Positions 1-9,817 of a stretch of DNA of 64,000 nt are shown one piece after another. How positions within the stretch are numbered: position 1 is the first letter of the stretch; every line of letters begins with the position of its first letter. The position numbers were made by a program, and so were the translations under genes. Under the pieces are notes generated by a model that was given only the letters and a program-made list of their open reading frames with translations, was not told the origin of the DNA and did not search any database. Source of the stretch: an uncultured Planctomycetota bacterium (GTDB lineage Bacteria; Planctomycetota; Planctomycetia; Isosphaerales; Isosphaeraceae); NCBI GenBank assembly GCA_963737655.1, contig CAVTTN010000002.1, positions 3,232,001-3,296,000 of the forward strand, in the 5' to 3' direction.

Positions 1-295
1 GCTTCGCCATGCTGTTGACGTCGGGCACCAGCGCCCGGAACTTCGGGGCGAGCGGCCCGGTGGCGTTGCGGAGGTAGCCCTCGGCCGAGAACGGCGGGTC
101 TTTCTCCTTGTCCTTGTCGTAGGGGGCCGGCAGGATCTTCGTCAGGACGAAGCCGGCCCAGGTGTCGCGCTGGGCGGGCGTGGTGCTGATCTTCGACACC
201 CCTTCGTACAGGAAGTGCCAGCCGATCGCCGTGCGGAGGAGCACGAGGAACAGGGCGCCGAAGAACCCGGGGTAGTAGCGTCTCGGGGCGGCCAG
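1..295 (-). CDS. DoxX family membrane protein (5' part; runs off the window start)
   Basis: Manual translation: LAAPRRYYPGFFGALFLVLLRTAIGWHFLYEGVSKI...PFSAEGYLRNATGP, with the DoxX-type LR..IGWHF.YEG..K motif. AGGAG at 304-308 precedes a CTG codon. Confidence 0.75.
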   Translation of the reverse strand, partial: MAAPRRYYPGFFGALFLVLLRTAIGWHFLYEGVSKISTTPAQRDTWAGFVLTKILPAPYDKDKEKDPPFSAEGYLRNATGPLAPKFRALVPDVNSMAK

Positions 296-341
296 GGGAG
301 GGGCTCCTTCGTCTCTGTCGGGTCCAGGGCCCCGGATCGGG

Positions 342-1418
342 TCAGCCGGGGCGGAGAGTGGTAAACACGGCGGACGGGTCGAGCGAATCGGACGGGCGGA
401 ACTCGCCGGGAGAGACGTTCAGGCCGACGATCCGGGGAGGGCCGCCCGGGTCGGCACCCTTCAGGGCGAACACCGCCCCCACCTCGGGCAGGCCGGCCAG
501 GACCTCGCGAGTCCTCGCCGGTCCGAGCAGGTAGAAGGCGGTCGAGAACGCGTCGGCCTGGGCGGCCGTCGGCGCCACCACGGAGACGCTCCACGGGCCA
601 TCGGCCGGGGGCTCGCCGGTCCTCGGGTCGAGGATGTGGCCGTAGAGCCGCCCGCCTTCCTCGAACTGCTGGAACGCCGCGCCCGAGGTGCCGAGCCCTC
701 GGTTGCGGAGGCGGAACGTGCCGAGGGGGCGATCCGGGTCGATCGGGTTCCGCAACGCGACTTCCCACCGCGTCCCGATCGCCGGAGAACCGAGGGCGAA
801 GACGCTCGATCGGCCCCCGTGGATCAGGGCCGAGGTCGGGAACCAGTGGTCGCGGAGGATCGCCGCGGCCTCGTCCAGGGCGTACCCCTTGCCGAGGCTG
901 CCGAAGTTCAGGACGATCCCGGGCCGGTCGAAGCCGATGGTCCGGCCGTCGCGATCGAGCAAGAGGTGAGAGGCGCCGGTCCGATCACGGGCCCGGGCCA
1001 GCGAATCCGCGTCGGGGACTCGCCTCGGCCCTCGGGTGAAGCCCCAGGCGATCGAGAGGGCGCCGGCGGTGAGGTCATACGCCCCGGCCGTTTTCCGGCC
1101 GATCTCGACGGCCAATTCCACCAGCGAGAACAGCCGAGGATCGACCCGGACGAGCCCCTCGTGGGCCGTCTCGTTGAGCCGGGAGACCGGGGAATCGGCC
1201 CGGTAGACGGTCAGCAAGCTCTCGACGTCTTCGATCGCATCCAGGGCCCGGCAGGCGAGGTCCGCGGCTCCGGGAATCCCGGCCGGGAGGCGGACCTCGA
1301 ACGTCGTGGCCATCGCCGGACGCGAGGCACGCAGGAGGTCGCCCGACTCGACGAGGCCGGGGGCGACCGGCGAAGGCGCCGGTGAGCGGAGCCGTCGGAC
1401 CAGGTCGCGGCGATTCAC
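342..1418 (-). CDS. apbE: FAD:protein FMN transferase (ApbE family)
   Basis: Motifs AMATTF, YDLTAGAL, NFGSLGKGYA, GTSG, YGHILDPRTG, ADAFSTA. Start taken at GTG 1418 (uncertain). Confidence 0.92.
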   Translation of the reverse strand: MNRRDLVRRLRSPAPSPVAPGLVESGDLLRASRPAMATTFEVRLPAGIPGAADLACRALDAIEDVESLLTVYRADSPVSRLNETAHEGLVRVDPRLFSLVELAVEIGRKTAGAYDLTAGALSIAWGFTRGPRRVPDADSLARARDRTGASHLLLDRDGRTIGFDRPGIVLNFGSLGKGYALDEAAAILRDHWFPTSALIHGGRSSVFALGSPAIGTRWEVALRNPIDPDRPLGTFRLRNRGLGTSGAAFQQFEEGGRLYGHILDPRTGEPPADGPWSVSVVAPTAAQADAFSTAFYLLGPARTREVLAGLPEVGAVFALKGADPGGPPRIVGLNVSPGEFRPSDSLDPSAVFTTLRPG

Positions 1419-1639
1419 GGCGCTTCGGCGAGGATTCACGCGACGCCTCGACGCTCTCGGCCTCGGAGGGTGGTTGGCTCGAAGAAAGGGCGTCTCGACG
1501 GGCCCGATCGCCCGGAAACGTCCGTCGGCGGGGGGACCGCCCTGGTTCGGCCTCACTCCGTCAGTATACTCGACCGCTCGGGGCGGAAAAGGGGGTAGTC
1601 GGCGGCGGAGAGCGGCCGTCCGGCGATCGGAGGTCCGTG

Positions 1640-4272
1640 ATGAGGCCGAATGTTCGGAGATCGCGATCGGCGGCGGCGGTTTTCGTCCTGGTGATGCTCT
1701 CCTTCCCGGTTTTCGCCCAGCTTCCCGAGGCCCCGCCCTCCGAACTCGGGTTCGATCCCGCGAAGCTCCACGAGATCGACGCGGCGGTGAACCGGGCGAT
1801 CGAGGCCAAGACGATCCCCGGGGCGGTCGTGGCGGTCGGCCGTCGCGGCAGGCTGGCGTTCGTCCGGGCTTATGGCCGGAGGGCGATCGTCCCTGAAGCC
1901 GAGCCGATGACCCGCGACTCGGTGTTCGACCTCGCCTCGCTGACCAAGCCGATCGCCACCGCGTCCTCGGTCCTGATCCTGGTGGATCGCGGCAAGCTCT
2001 CGCTGGACGACACCCTCGGCAAGCTCCTGCCCGAGTTCTCGGGAGGAGGCAAGGCCGGGATCACGGTGGAACAATTGCTCAGGCACCGAGCCGGCCTGAT
2101 CGCCGACAATCCGCTCTCCGACTACGCCAACGGCCCGGAAACGGCCTGGAAACGGCTCGCCGACCTGCGGACAACCGCCGAGCCCGGGTCTCGATTCGTG
2201 TACAGCGACGTGGGGTACATCCTGCTCGGCAAGATCGTCGAAAAAGTCTCCGGCCAGACCCTCCACGAGTTCACGACCGAGGCCCTCTTCGACCCTCTCG
2301 GGATGACCGGGACCGGCTACCAGCCCGGGCTCTCGGGCCGGGTGGACATCAAGAAAGTCGCTCCCACCGAGCCGATCGACGGAAAAATGACCCGGGGCGT
2401 CGTCCACGACCCCCGGGCCGGGCCCTGGGCGGCCAGGCCGGTCACGCCGGGCTGTTCGGCTCGGCCGATGACCTCGCCGTGTTCTGCCAGATGATCCTCG
2501 ATGGCGGGAAATCGCGAGACGGGCGGGTGATCCTCAGGCCCGAGACCGTCCGGGCGATGATCTCTCCCGGAGACACGCCGAAGGGCCAGAAACGCGGCCT
2601 GGGCTGGGACATCGAGACGGCGTACAGCGCCCCGAGGGGCCGGGTTTTCGGCCCGGAGAGCTTCGGCCACACCGGATTCACGGGCACGAGCCTGTGGATC
2701 GATCCCAAAACCCAAACCTTCGTCGTGATCCTGACCAATCGGGTCCACCCCGACGGCAAATCGCCGAGCCCGGGCGGCCTCCGGGGCGAGATCGCCACGA
2801 TCGTCGGCCGGGCGATCGTGGACCCGAGTCGTCCCGCCTCGGCCCCTCCGAACCCCGAGGCTCGGCCCAATCTCCTGATCCTGATCGGCGACGACCACGC
2901 CGGGGGGACGCTCGGCATCGACGGCGACCCTCGCCGCGCGACGCCTCGGCTCGATGCCCTGGCCCGAGACGGCGTGAGGTTCGACCGGGCCTATTGCAAC
3001 TCGCCCCTCTGCACGCCGAGCCGCCAGTCCCTGATCACCGGAAAATTGCCCCACGTCGTCGGCGTGACGAAGTTGACCACCCCCCTGCCCGACTCGACGA
3101 GGACCCTGGGCCACGTCCTCGCCGAAGCCGGCTACGACACCGGCGCCATCGGCAAGATGCACTTCAACAACGCAGGGCATCACGGGTTCGCCCTCCGGCT
3201 CGACTCGGCCGACTGGCTCGCGGACCTCCGCCGGTTCGATCCCCACCGGGCCGCCGCCCTCCGCCCGTTCCGGCCTTTCCAGGACCCGGCCTCGACCTGG
3301 CTGAACGCGGACGTTCAGCCGGTCGCCCTGCGATCGACCGAGATGGAGGCCAGTTTCTTCGCCGACCATGCCGCCGAATTCCTGGCCAAGCCCCGCGACC
3401 GGCCGTTCGGGCTGGTCGTGAGCTTCAACGAGCCGCATTCCCCCTTCCGGTTCCCGACCGATTCGCCCCGAAAGTACGACCCGGGCGAGTTCTCCGCCCC
3501 CCCGATGACCGAGGCCGACGTCCGCGACCGACCGGCGGTCTTCGAGGGGCTGACCGAGGCCCAGGTCCGGGGCGTCCAGGCGGCCTACTACTCGTCGGTC
3601 GCGTTCCTCGATTCGCGGATCGGTCAGGTCCTCGATGCCCTGGCCGCCTCGGGCCGGGCGGATTCGACGATCGTGGTCTACGTGGGCGATAACGGATACA
3701 TGCGCGGGCATCACGGCCGGTTCGAGAAGCATTGCTTCTTCGAACCCGCGATCCGGGTCCCCCTGATCGTCCGCTGGCCGGGTCACCTGCCCAGGGACCG
3801 CGCGATCTCGGGGATGGTCGAGACGATCGATGTGTCTCCGACCCTCCTGGAACTCGTCGGCCTGCCGGTGCCGGACGACCTCCAGGGCCGGAGCCTCGTC
3901 TCCTTGATGAAGGCCGAGCCGGGCGCCTCCGGCCGCGACCTCGTCTTCTCGGAGTATTTCGAGAACGAGGAGGCGATGGTGCGAGACGTTCGATACAAGC
4001 TGATCGTGGGGCGAGGCAAGCACGTCCGGACCGACGGCTACGCCCCGAAACGGCCGCCATCGGGGCCGTATGAGGTCCTCTTCGACACCCAGGACGACCC
4101 CGGCGAGACCCGCGACGTCTCGGCCGATCCCTCGCGAAAGCCGGTCGTCGATCGCCTGAAAACCGCCCTCCTCGAACAGCTCCTGATCGGTCGGCCGAAC
4201 CTGGCCCGGGTCGTCCGGGAGATGCCGGTTGACGGCGCTCTTCAAAAGGCCCTGGAGGCTCCTGACCGCTGA
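1640..4272 (+). CDS. Secreted serine hydrolase (beta-lactamase-like) fused to a formylglycine-dependent sulfatase; 1-bp frameshift near 2419
   Basis: Signal peptide, SxxK (ASLTK), YSDVGY and GHTGFTG, then sulfatase PNLLILIGDDH, CTPSR, GKMH, GDNG. Restoring one C at ~2419 gives the conserved HDPRARALGGQAGHAGLF and joins ORFs 1382..2494 and 2479..4272. Confidence 0.85.
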
Positions 4273-4283
4273 GGCGGGGGAGG

Positions 4284-4472
4284 GTGTCCGAAAAAATGGT
4301 GTTAGATCTGCTGTGTAGCAGACCCTTGAAGCGTCAGGATCGAGTAGGTCCGACTTCAGTCGGGCCTACCAGAATCCCTTTTTTCGTAGGCCCGACTGAA
4401 GTCGGACCTACTCGTCTCCTCATTCTCAATGGGTTTGCTATACAGCAGATCTGACACCATTTTTTCGGACAC
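4284..4472. repeat. Nested palindromic (REPIN/MITE-like) element containing two inverted family-A REPs
   Basis: Outer arm GTGTCCGAAAAAATGGTGTTAGATCTGCTGTGTAGCAGACCC and its near-perfect reverse complement ending at 4472. Inner GTAGGTCCGACTTCAGTCGGGCCTAC at 4344-4369, inverted at 4386-4411. Confidence 0.92.
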
Positions 4473-4503
4473 TCGTTCCCCGCCGATCTCCCGTCCAGAC
4501 GGA

Positions 4504-5540
4504 TCAACCCCGCCCCATCAGCGCCCTCAGGATCAGCATCTCCAGGTGTTCGTACTTGCGGGCGAGCCGGAGCTCCTCGACCGTGCGTTCGTCCACGGTG
4601 CGAACGACCTCCAGGAGCCTCTCGAACATGGCCCTGGAGTTCGCCAGGTGGGTCGTCGAATCTTCGAGGGGGGTGGTCCTCATGGCCTTGATGTCCAGGC
4701 CGACGCAGCCGTCGAAATCGGACCTGTCCAGGACCCAGACCTGATCGAAGGCCCGGCGGAGATCGACGGCGCCGAAGGTCTTGTCCTGGTCGTACTTCAG
4801 GCCGTTCTGGTCGTTCAGGTGGACGCTCCAGAGCTTGCCGTGCCAGAGGGCGTAGGCCATGTCGTCGGAGGGGTCGAGCCCGGCGAGGATCGAGTGGCGC
4901 TCTCGATCAAGACGCCCGATCGCGAGGGGTCCACCGTCCGGTAGCAGACGCCGATCATGTGGCCGACGGTGGGCAAATACGCCTGGTCCATCGGCTCGTT
5001 GGGCTTCGCCTCGCCGAGGATGCGGATGTCCTTGTCGTGCTCCAGGATCGCGTTGAAGGCGTCGAGCAGCCGGCCGATGGCGGTCCTCGCGTCCTTGGCC
5101 TCGCGGATGTAGGTGCCCTCGCGGGCCAGCCAGAGGACGAGGTCCTTCGTGCCGATCTCGCGGGCGATATCGACGGCCATCCTGGCGCGGTCGATCGCGT
5201 ACTTGCGTTCGGTTTCGGAGTTCGAGGTGAACGCGCCGTCGATCGTCCGGGGGTCTTCCCAGAGCCTCGGCGCGACGAATTCGGCGAACAGTCCTTCGCC
5301 CTCGATCATGGATTTGACCGACGCGATCCCCTTGAGCTTGGCGGGCCAGTCCCAGTCGTCGGGGACGATGTCGTCGTCGTGGAACTGGACGGCGTCGAAC
5401 CCGAGCTCCTTGTACATGCGGATCTTGCGGGCGAATTCGATCTCCTTGCGGACCGGGGGGCCGAACGGGTCGGCCCCGGTGGAGATGTTCCAGGGTCCGA
5501 ACGAGAACCTGTAGGACTTGGGTGCGGTGCCGGCGGGCAT
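4504..5540 (-). CDS. xylA: Xylose isomerase; 1-bp frameshift near 4896
   Basis: FSFGPW, DPFG, FHDDD, LVLWLAREG, EAKPNEP, HLNDQNGLKYDQD. Adding one C restores ESAHSILAGL and joins ORFs 4815..5540 and 4504..4860. Confidence 0.88.
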
Positions 5541-5686
5541 GGTCGGCGGGGCTCCGATCGAGTTTTTTCGCGAAGCGATCGGCCGTAGCCGACCGGACGG
5601 CCGATACAGTAATCTGCTCGGTGGCGAGTGGCTACGCCCGACCGTCCCAAACCGATACGAACCGAACCGAGTGGGTCCGGCCGTCG

Positions 5687-5986
5687 ATGAAACTCTGGCA
5701 CCTGTCTTTCGTCGTCCTGCTCCTGGCGATGATGATGGCGATCGCCCGCGACGAGATCGGCCGCGTGGCGCTGGTCGTCTTCCTCACGGGGATCGCGCTG
5801 ATCGTCCTCGGCGTGTCGTCCCTGATGATGCTGTTCCGGACGGTCGCGGCGCTCGGCTCGGCCGAGACGCTGTCGTCCTCGATGGAGGCGCTCGCGGCGA
5901 CGGCCGCGGTCCTGCTGATCGGCGCGGCCTCGATGTGGCTGGCGCTCTGGGTCGGGCTGGGGTTGATCTGGATGATGCTCGGATGA
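5687..5986 (+). CDS. Small hypothetical membrane protein (about 3 TM helices)
   Basis: MKLWHLSFVVLLLAMMMAIARDEIGRVALVVF...; hydrophobic, GC-rich third codon positions. Confidence 0.7.
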   Translation: MKLWHLSFVVLLLAMMMAIARDEIGRVALVVFLTGIALIVLGVSSLMMLFRTVAALGSAETLSSSMEALAATAAVLLIGAASMWLALWVGLGLIWMMLG

Positions 5987-6159
5987 GAGGCATGCCGGGC
6001 CGGACGCTCCGTCTCTGGCCGCTTTGCGCGGCGGTCGCCGAGATCGCGTTCGTGTGCTCCTCGTACCGGAACGCGCAGGTTCGCGGCCTCGTCGCCTGCT
6101 TCGGATTGAGCAGACAAGCCCTGAGGGCCATTCACCCGCGATGGCTGCTCGCCGGCCTT

Positions 6160-6217
6160 CGTAGGGCAGGCCTCGGCCTGCCGTCTTCACGGATCGGCAG
6201 GCCGAGGCCTGCCCTCC
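6160..6217. repeat. Family-B REP inverted doublet
   Basis: CGTAGGGCAGGCCTCGGCCTGCCG-spacer-CGGCAGGCCGAGGCCTGCCCTCC; near-identical copies at 9759 and 55784. Confidence 0.88.
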
Positions 6218-6347
6218 AAAAGGTGCGAGCCGAGGATGTCCCACGTCTGGGGTGGGAGCGCCCGTCTGGCGACCCGTCGGCCGAATGGTTAGCCTGGAGC
6301 GGTCGGGAGATTTCGGGAGCCGATCCGCGCGAGGAGCCGCCGCCATC

Positions 6348-8066
6348 ATGTCCGTCGCCTACGTCCCCGAGACCTTCCCCCGCCGCTGGCTCCCCCAGAA
6401 CGCCGAGTTCAAGACCTGGGAGGCGATCGAGCCCCTGTATCGCCGGCTCCTCGACCGCGAGATCACCTCGGCCCAGGAGCTGGAACGCTGGCTGTTCGAC
6501 GTCGGCGAGCTGTCCGGGGCCGTGGGACAGGAAGGGGTCGAGCGGTACATCGCGATGACCTGCCAGACCGACGACGCCGCCCGCGAGGCCGCCTACCTGG
6601 AGTTCGTCCGAGACATCGAGCCGAAGCTCAAGCCCCTCCACAACGCGATCCGCGAGAAATATCTCGACAGCCCGTTCCGAACCGAGCTGCCCCGAGACCG
6701 CTACTTCGTCTTCGATCGGTCGCAGGAGAACCGCCGGGCCCTCTATCGCGAGGCGAACATCCCGAGGGAGACCGAGCTGGCCGAGCTGGAGCAGCAGTAC
6801 CAGAAGATCGTGGGGGCGATGACCGTCTCGTTCCGGGGCGAGGAGAAAACCCCCGCCCAGATGGCCCCGTTCCAGGAAGAGACCGATCGGGCCGTCCGCC
6901 AGGAGGCGTGGGAGATCGTCGCGAAGCGGAGGCTGGAAGAGCGCGACAGGCTCGACGACCTGTTTGACTGGATGATCGCGCTCCGGCAGGAGGTCGCCAC
7001 GGAGGCGGGGTTCGCCTCGTTCACCGAGTATGCCTATCGCCTCCGGGAGCGGTTCGACTACGGCCAGGCCGAGGCGAAAGCCTTCCAGGACGCCATCGAG
7101 CGGGTCGTCGTCCCCCTGGCGCGGACGTTCCAGGAAGACCGGCGGAGGAAGCTCGGCGTCGAGACGCTCCGGCCGTGGGACGTGTCGGTGGACCCCCTGG
7201 GACGGCCCCCGCTCCGGCCGTTTTCCGAGGCCGACCGGCTGGCCGAGGGGAGCGAGGCCATCTTCCTGGACGTCGATCCCGAGCTCGGCCGCCAGTTCGC
7301 CTTCATGAGGAAGCAGGGCCTGCTCGACCTGGCCAACCGCAAGGGCAAGGCCCCCGGCGGGTATCAGACGACCCTGGAAGACGATCGCCTGCCGTTCATC
7401 TTCATGAACGCCGTCGGCATGGATGGCGACGTGAGGACCCTTTTGCACGAAGGGGGCCACGCCTTCCACGCCCTGGCGTCTCGAGGCGAGCCCCTGGCCG
7501 CCTACCGCGACGCCCCCATCGAGTTCTGCGAGGTCGCCTCGATGAGCATGGAGCTGCTCGGCGCGCGCAACCTCGAAATGTTTTACGAGAAGGCGGACGC
7601 CGATCGGTCCTATCGCCAGTTGCTCGAAGGGATCGTGCTGATCCTGCCGTGGATCGCCACGGTGGACGCCTTCCAGCACTGGGTCTACGCCCATCCCGGG
7701 CACTCGCGAGACGAGCGCCGAGCCGCCTGGACGGCCCTCCTCGACCGCTTCGGCGGAGAGGTGGACTGGTCGGGCCACGAGGACGCCAGGGCGAGCTCGT
7801 GGCATCGTCAGTTGCATATTTTCCTCTATCCCTTCTACTACATCGAATACGGGATCGCCCAGTTGGGGGCCCTGCAGGTCTGGAGGAACGCCTCGGCCGA
7901 TCGGGCCTCGGCGGTGGAGGCGTATCGCCGAGGGCTGTCGCTCGGAGGCTCCCGGCCGTTGCCCGAATTGTTCTCGGCGGCCGGCATCCGGTTCGATTTC
8001 ACCGAGGCCACATTGGCTCCCCTGATCGAGACGATCCGAGGGGAGTTGGACCGGCTGGGGGATTGA
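6348..8066 (+). CDS. M3 family oligoendopeptidase F
   Basis: LRPWD, GKAPGGY, HEGGH zinc motif, EVASMSME, PFYYIEY; GAGGAG RBS. Confidence 0.93.
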   Translation: MSVAYVPETFPRRWLPQNAEFKTWEAIEPLYRRLLDREITSAQELERWLFDVGELSGAVGQEGVERYIAMTCQTDDAAREAAYLEFVRDIEPKLKPLHNAIREKYLDSPFRTELPRDRYFVFDRSQENRRALYREANIPRETELAELEQQYQKIVGAMTVSFRGEEKTPAQMAPFQEETDRAVRQEAWEIVAKRRLEERDRLDDLFDWMIALRQEVATEAGFASFTEYAYRLRERFDYGQAEAKAFQDAIERVVVPLARTFQEDRRRKLGVETLRPWDVSVDPLGRPPLRPFSEADRLAEGSEAIFLDVDPELGRQFAFMRKQGLLDLANRKGKAPGGYQTTLEDDRLPFIFMNAVGMDGDVRTLLHEGGHAFHALASRGEPLAAYRDAPIEFCEVASMSMELLGARNLEMFYEKADADRSYRQLLEGIVLILPWIATVDAFQHWVYAHPGHSRDERRAAWTALLDRFGGEVDWSGHEDARASSWHRQLHIFLYPFYYIEYGIAQLGALQVWRNASADRASAVEAYRRGLSLGGSRPLPELFSAAGIRFDFTEATLAPLIETIRGELDRLGD

Positions 8067-8074
8067 GGCGAAGG

Positions 8075-8149
8075 GTGGGCGGGCGTCGCCCGCCTGCGGT
8101 TTGGTGCATTTCATGCACCCTACACCACGGTGCATTTCATGCACCCTAC
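8075..8149. repeat. GC hairpin followed by two tandem family-C REPs (reverse strand GTAGGGTGCATGAAATGCACC)
   Basis: GGTGCATTTCATGCACCCTAC at 8103-8123 and 8129-8149, preceded by GTGGGCGGGCgtcGCCCGCC; same module at 24248-24295. Confidence 0.88.
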
Positions 8150-8176
8150 AGATTGTGCATTTGACGTGCGCGACTT

Positions 8177-8983
8177 ATGAATGGATTTCCACAACTTCCG
8201 ATCATCCAGCCCGATCCGCCCCCGGCGCCCCGGAAGACCCAGGCCGAGAAGTACGGCGGCCTGCTGTACCTTGGCGCAGGCGGGTTGGTGGTGCTCGTCC
8301 TCCTGATCGCGTATTTCTCCTATGGGCTGTGGTCGCATCGGACGATCTGGACGAATGTGTACGTCCTGAACGATCCCAGGCGGCCGGAGGTCGATCGGCT
8401 GAACGCCGCGTTGCGGCTGACTCGCGACCCTCTGATCACGCCCCGGCAGTTGTGGGACCTCTCGTTGAGCCGGACGCCCCCGCCTCTGGGGCGCTACCTG
8501 ATCACCGAGGGGATGACCAGCGCCGTCGTGGCCGACGACCCTCGGGCCTATGCCCTGTCGGTGGCCCGGAGCGAGGGCTGGCCCGACTGGCTCCGCATGG
8601 GCCTGGCCCGGCCGATGGCCTATGCCGCCGCCGAGGGCGAGTCGCTCCCTCTCGACGTGCTCGACGAGCTCAAGTCTCACGAGGACCCGTGCTTGCGGCT
8701 CTGGGTCGAGTTCATGAAGGCCGTCTCGAAGGATGGGGACGCCGCGGCCCGCGACGCCCTCGAATCGGCCTCGAAACGGGAAGGCCCGCTCTCGGCCATG
8801 GCCAGGGAACTGCGGACGGCGGCCCGGGCGAAGCAGCCGGAACGGAACGAGGCGCTCGATCGGGCGTCCCGGCTCGTCCGACAGGCCGACCCCGACGTCG
8901 CGGACCTCTGGGAGCGCTGGGAGGAGCGAGGCGGCCGGATCGTGCCGAGATCGGCCCCGGAGTTGCCTCCTCAGCCGAGGTGA
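8177..8983 (+). CDS. Hypothetical membrane-anchored helical protein
   Basis: One N-terminal TM (GLLYLGAGGLVVLVLLIAYF) followed by an alpha-helical domain; coding-like codon bias. Confidence 0.7.
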   Translation: MNGFPQLPIIQPDPPPAPRKTQAEKYGGLLYLGAGGLVVLVLLIAYFSYGLWSHRTIWTNVYVLNDPRRPEVDRLNAALRLTRDPLITPRQLWDLSLSRTPPPLGRYLITEGMTSAVVADDPRAYALSVARSEGWPDWLRMGLARPMAYAAAEGESLPLDVLDELKSHEDPCLRLWVEFMKAVSKDGDAAARDALESASKREGPLSAMARELRTAARAKQPERNEALDRASRLVRQADPDVADLWERWEERGGRIVPRSAPELPPQPR

Positions 8984-9039
8984 ACGTCGGGCGAGGACGG
9001 GCCTCGTCCGGCTGAAACCCTCGTCCCGGAGCGGCCCTC

Positions 9040-9669
9040 ATGAAGCGATTCGCCCTCGTCGCCTGCGTTTTCGTCGCGACCGCCGGAGCCTCGCTCGCCC
9101 AGGAACCCTCCTCGGCGAAATCGAAGACGAAGCCGAAGGAAGACGCCGTCCAGATGGGTTCGGGCGTGATCCTCAAGGTCGAGCCGATCCGCAAGGAGGG
9201 CGAGTCCGAGGACAAGGCCCCAAGCCGCTGCAAGATCACGATCAACACCGCCGCCGTCTGGGCCGATTACGCCCGGGACACCGCGGATTTCTCCGCCAAG
9301 CCCAACGCGAAGAAGGGCGAGAACTCGGTCGCCACCAAGGGCGAGCCGGTCCTGGAGTCGGCCCTGATCGTCGCCGAGGTCGAGCCCTCGACGCACCTGG
9401 CCCTCCGCTATCGGTCCTCGACCGACGAGTCGGACAAGGGGTCTCGCACGATCGAAAAGGCCGAGAAAAAAGACGGATCCCCCGAGTCCAACCAGGCCGG
9501 CAAGGACGGCGAGAAGACCAGGGCGCCCAAGATCCACATGGCCGACATCAAGCCGGGCCTGTTCGTCGAGATCGAGGCCAAGAAGGGCAAGGCCAACCGG
9601 CTGATCGTCCTGAAGCCCGTCGGCGGCCCCCAGACCCCCGCGAGCGAGGACAGGCCGGAGAAGAAATAA
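9040..9669 (+). CDS. Hypothetical secreted protein
   Basis: Signal peptide MKRFALVACVFVATAGASLAQ; GGAG RBS; Lys/Glu-rich. Confidence 0.8.
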   Translation: MKRFALVACVFVATAGASLAQEPSSAKSKTKPKEDAVQMGSGVILKVEPIRKEGESEDKAPSRCKITINTAAVWADYARDTADFSAKPNAKKGENSVATKGEPVLESALIVAEVEPSTHLALRYRSSTDESDKGSRTIEKAEKKDGSPESNQAGKDGEKTRAPKIHMADIKPGLFVEIEAKKGKANRLIVLKPVGGPQTPASEDRPEKK

Positions 9670-9758
9670 GCGGGCGACCCGGCTCCCGACTCCTCGGAGA
9701 AACGCCTCCGGCAACCGCACGGGACGCGGATTCCAGCGGATCGCGTCGGACGATTCCC

Positions 9759-9817
9759 CGTAGGGCAGGCCTTGGCCTGCCGTCTTTGCGGATCGGCAGG
9801 CCAAGGCCTGCCCTACG
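9759..9817. repeat. Family-B REP inverted doublet between convergent genes
   Basis: CGTAGGGCAGGCCTTGGCCTGCCG...CGGCAGGCCAAGGCCTGCCCTACG. Confidence 0.9.

Noticed and set aside
1640..2830. Antibiotic-resistance beta-lactamase
   Set aside because: The motifs fit the broad esterase/amidase serine hydrolase family, it is fused to a sulfatase, and there is no mobile context.
4504..5540. xylA and the other frameshifted genes as pseudogenes or programmed frameshifts
   Set aside because: Uniform 1-bp deletions, intact catalytic motifs and no slippery heptamers point to sequencing error.
8103..8149. Two 21-bp direct repeats as a mini-CRISPR
   Set aside because: The spacer is only 5 bp, there are no cas genes, and the unit is a dispersed REP.
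8159..8185. dif-like site (ATTTGACGTGC-GCGAC-TTATGAATGGA)
   Set aside because: The spacer is 5 bp rather than 6, both arms have several mismatches, and it overlaps a start codon.
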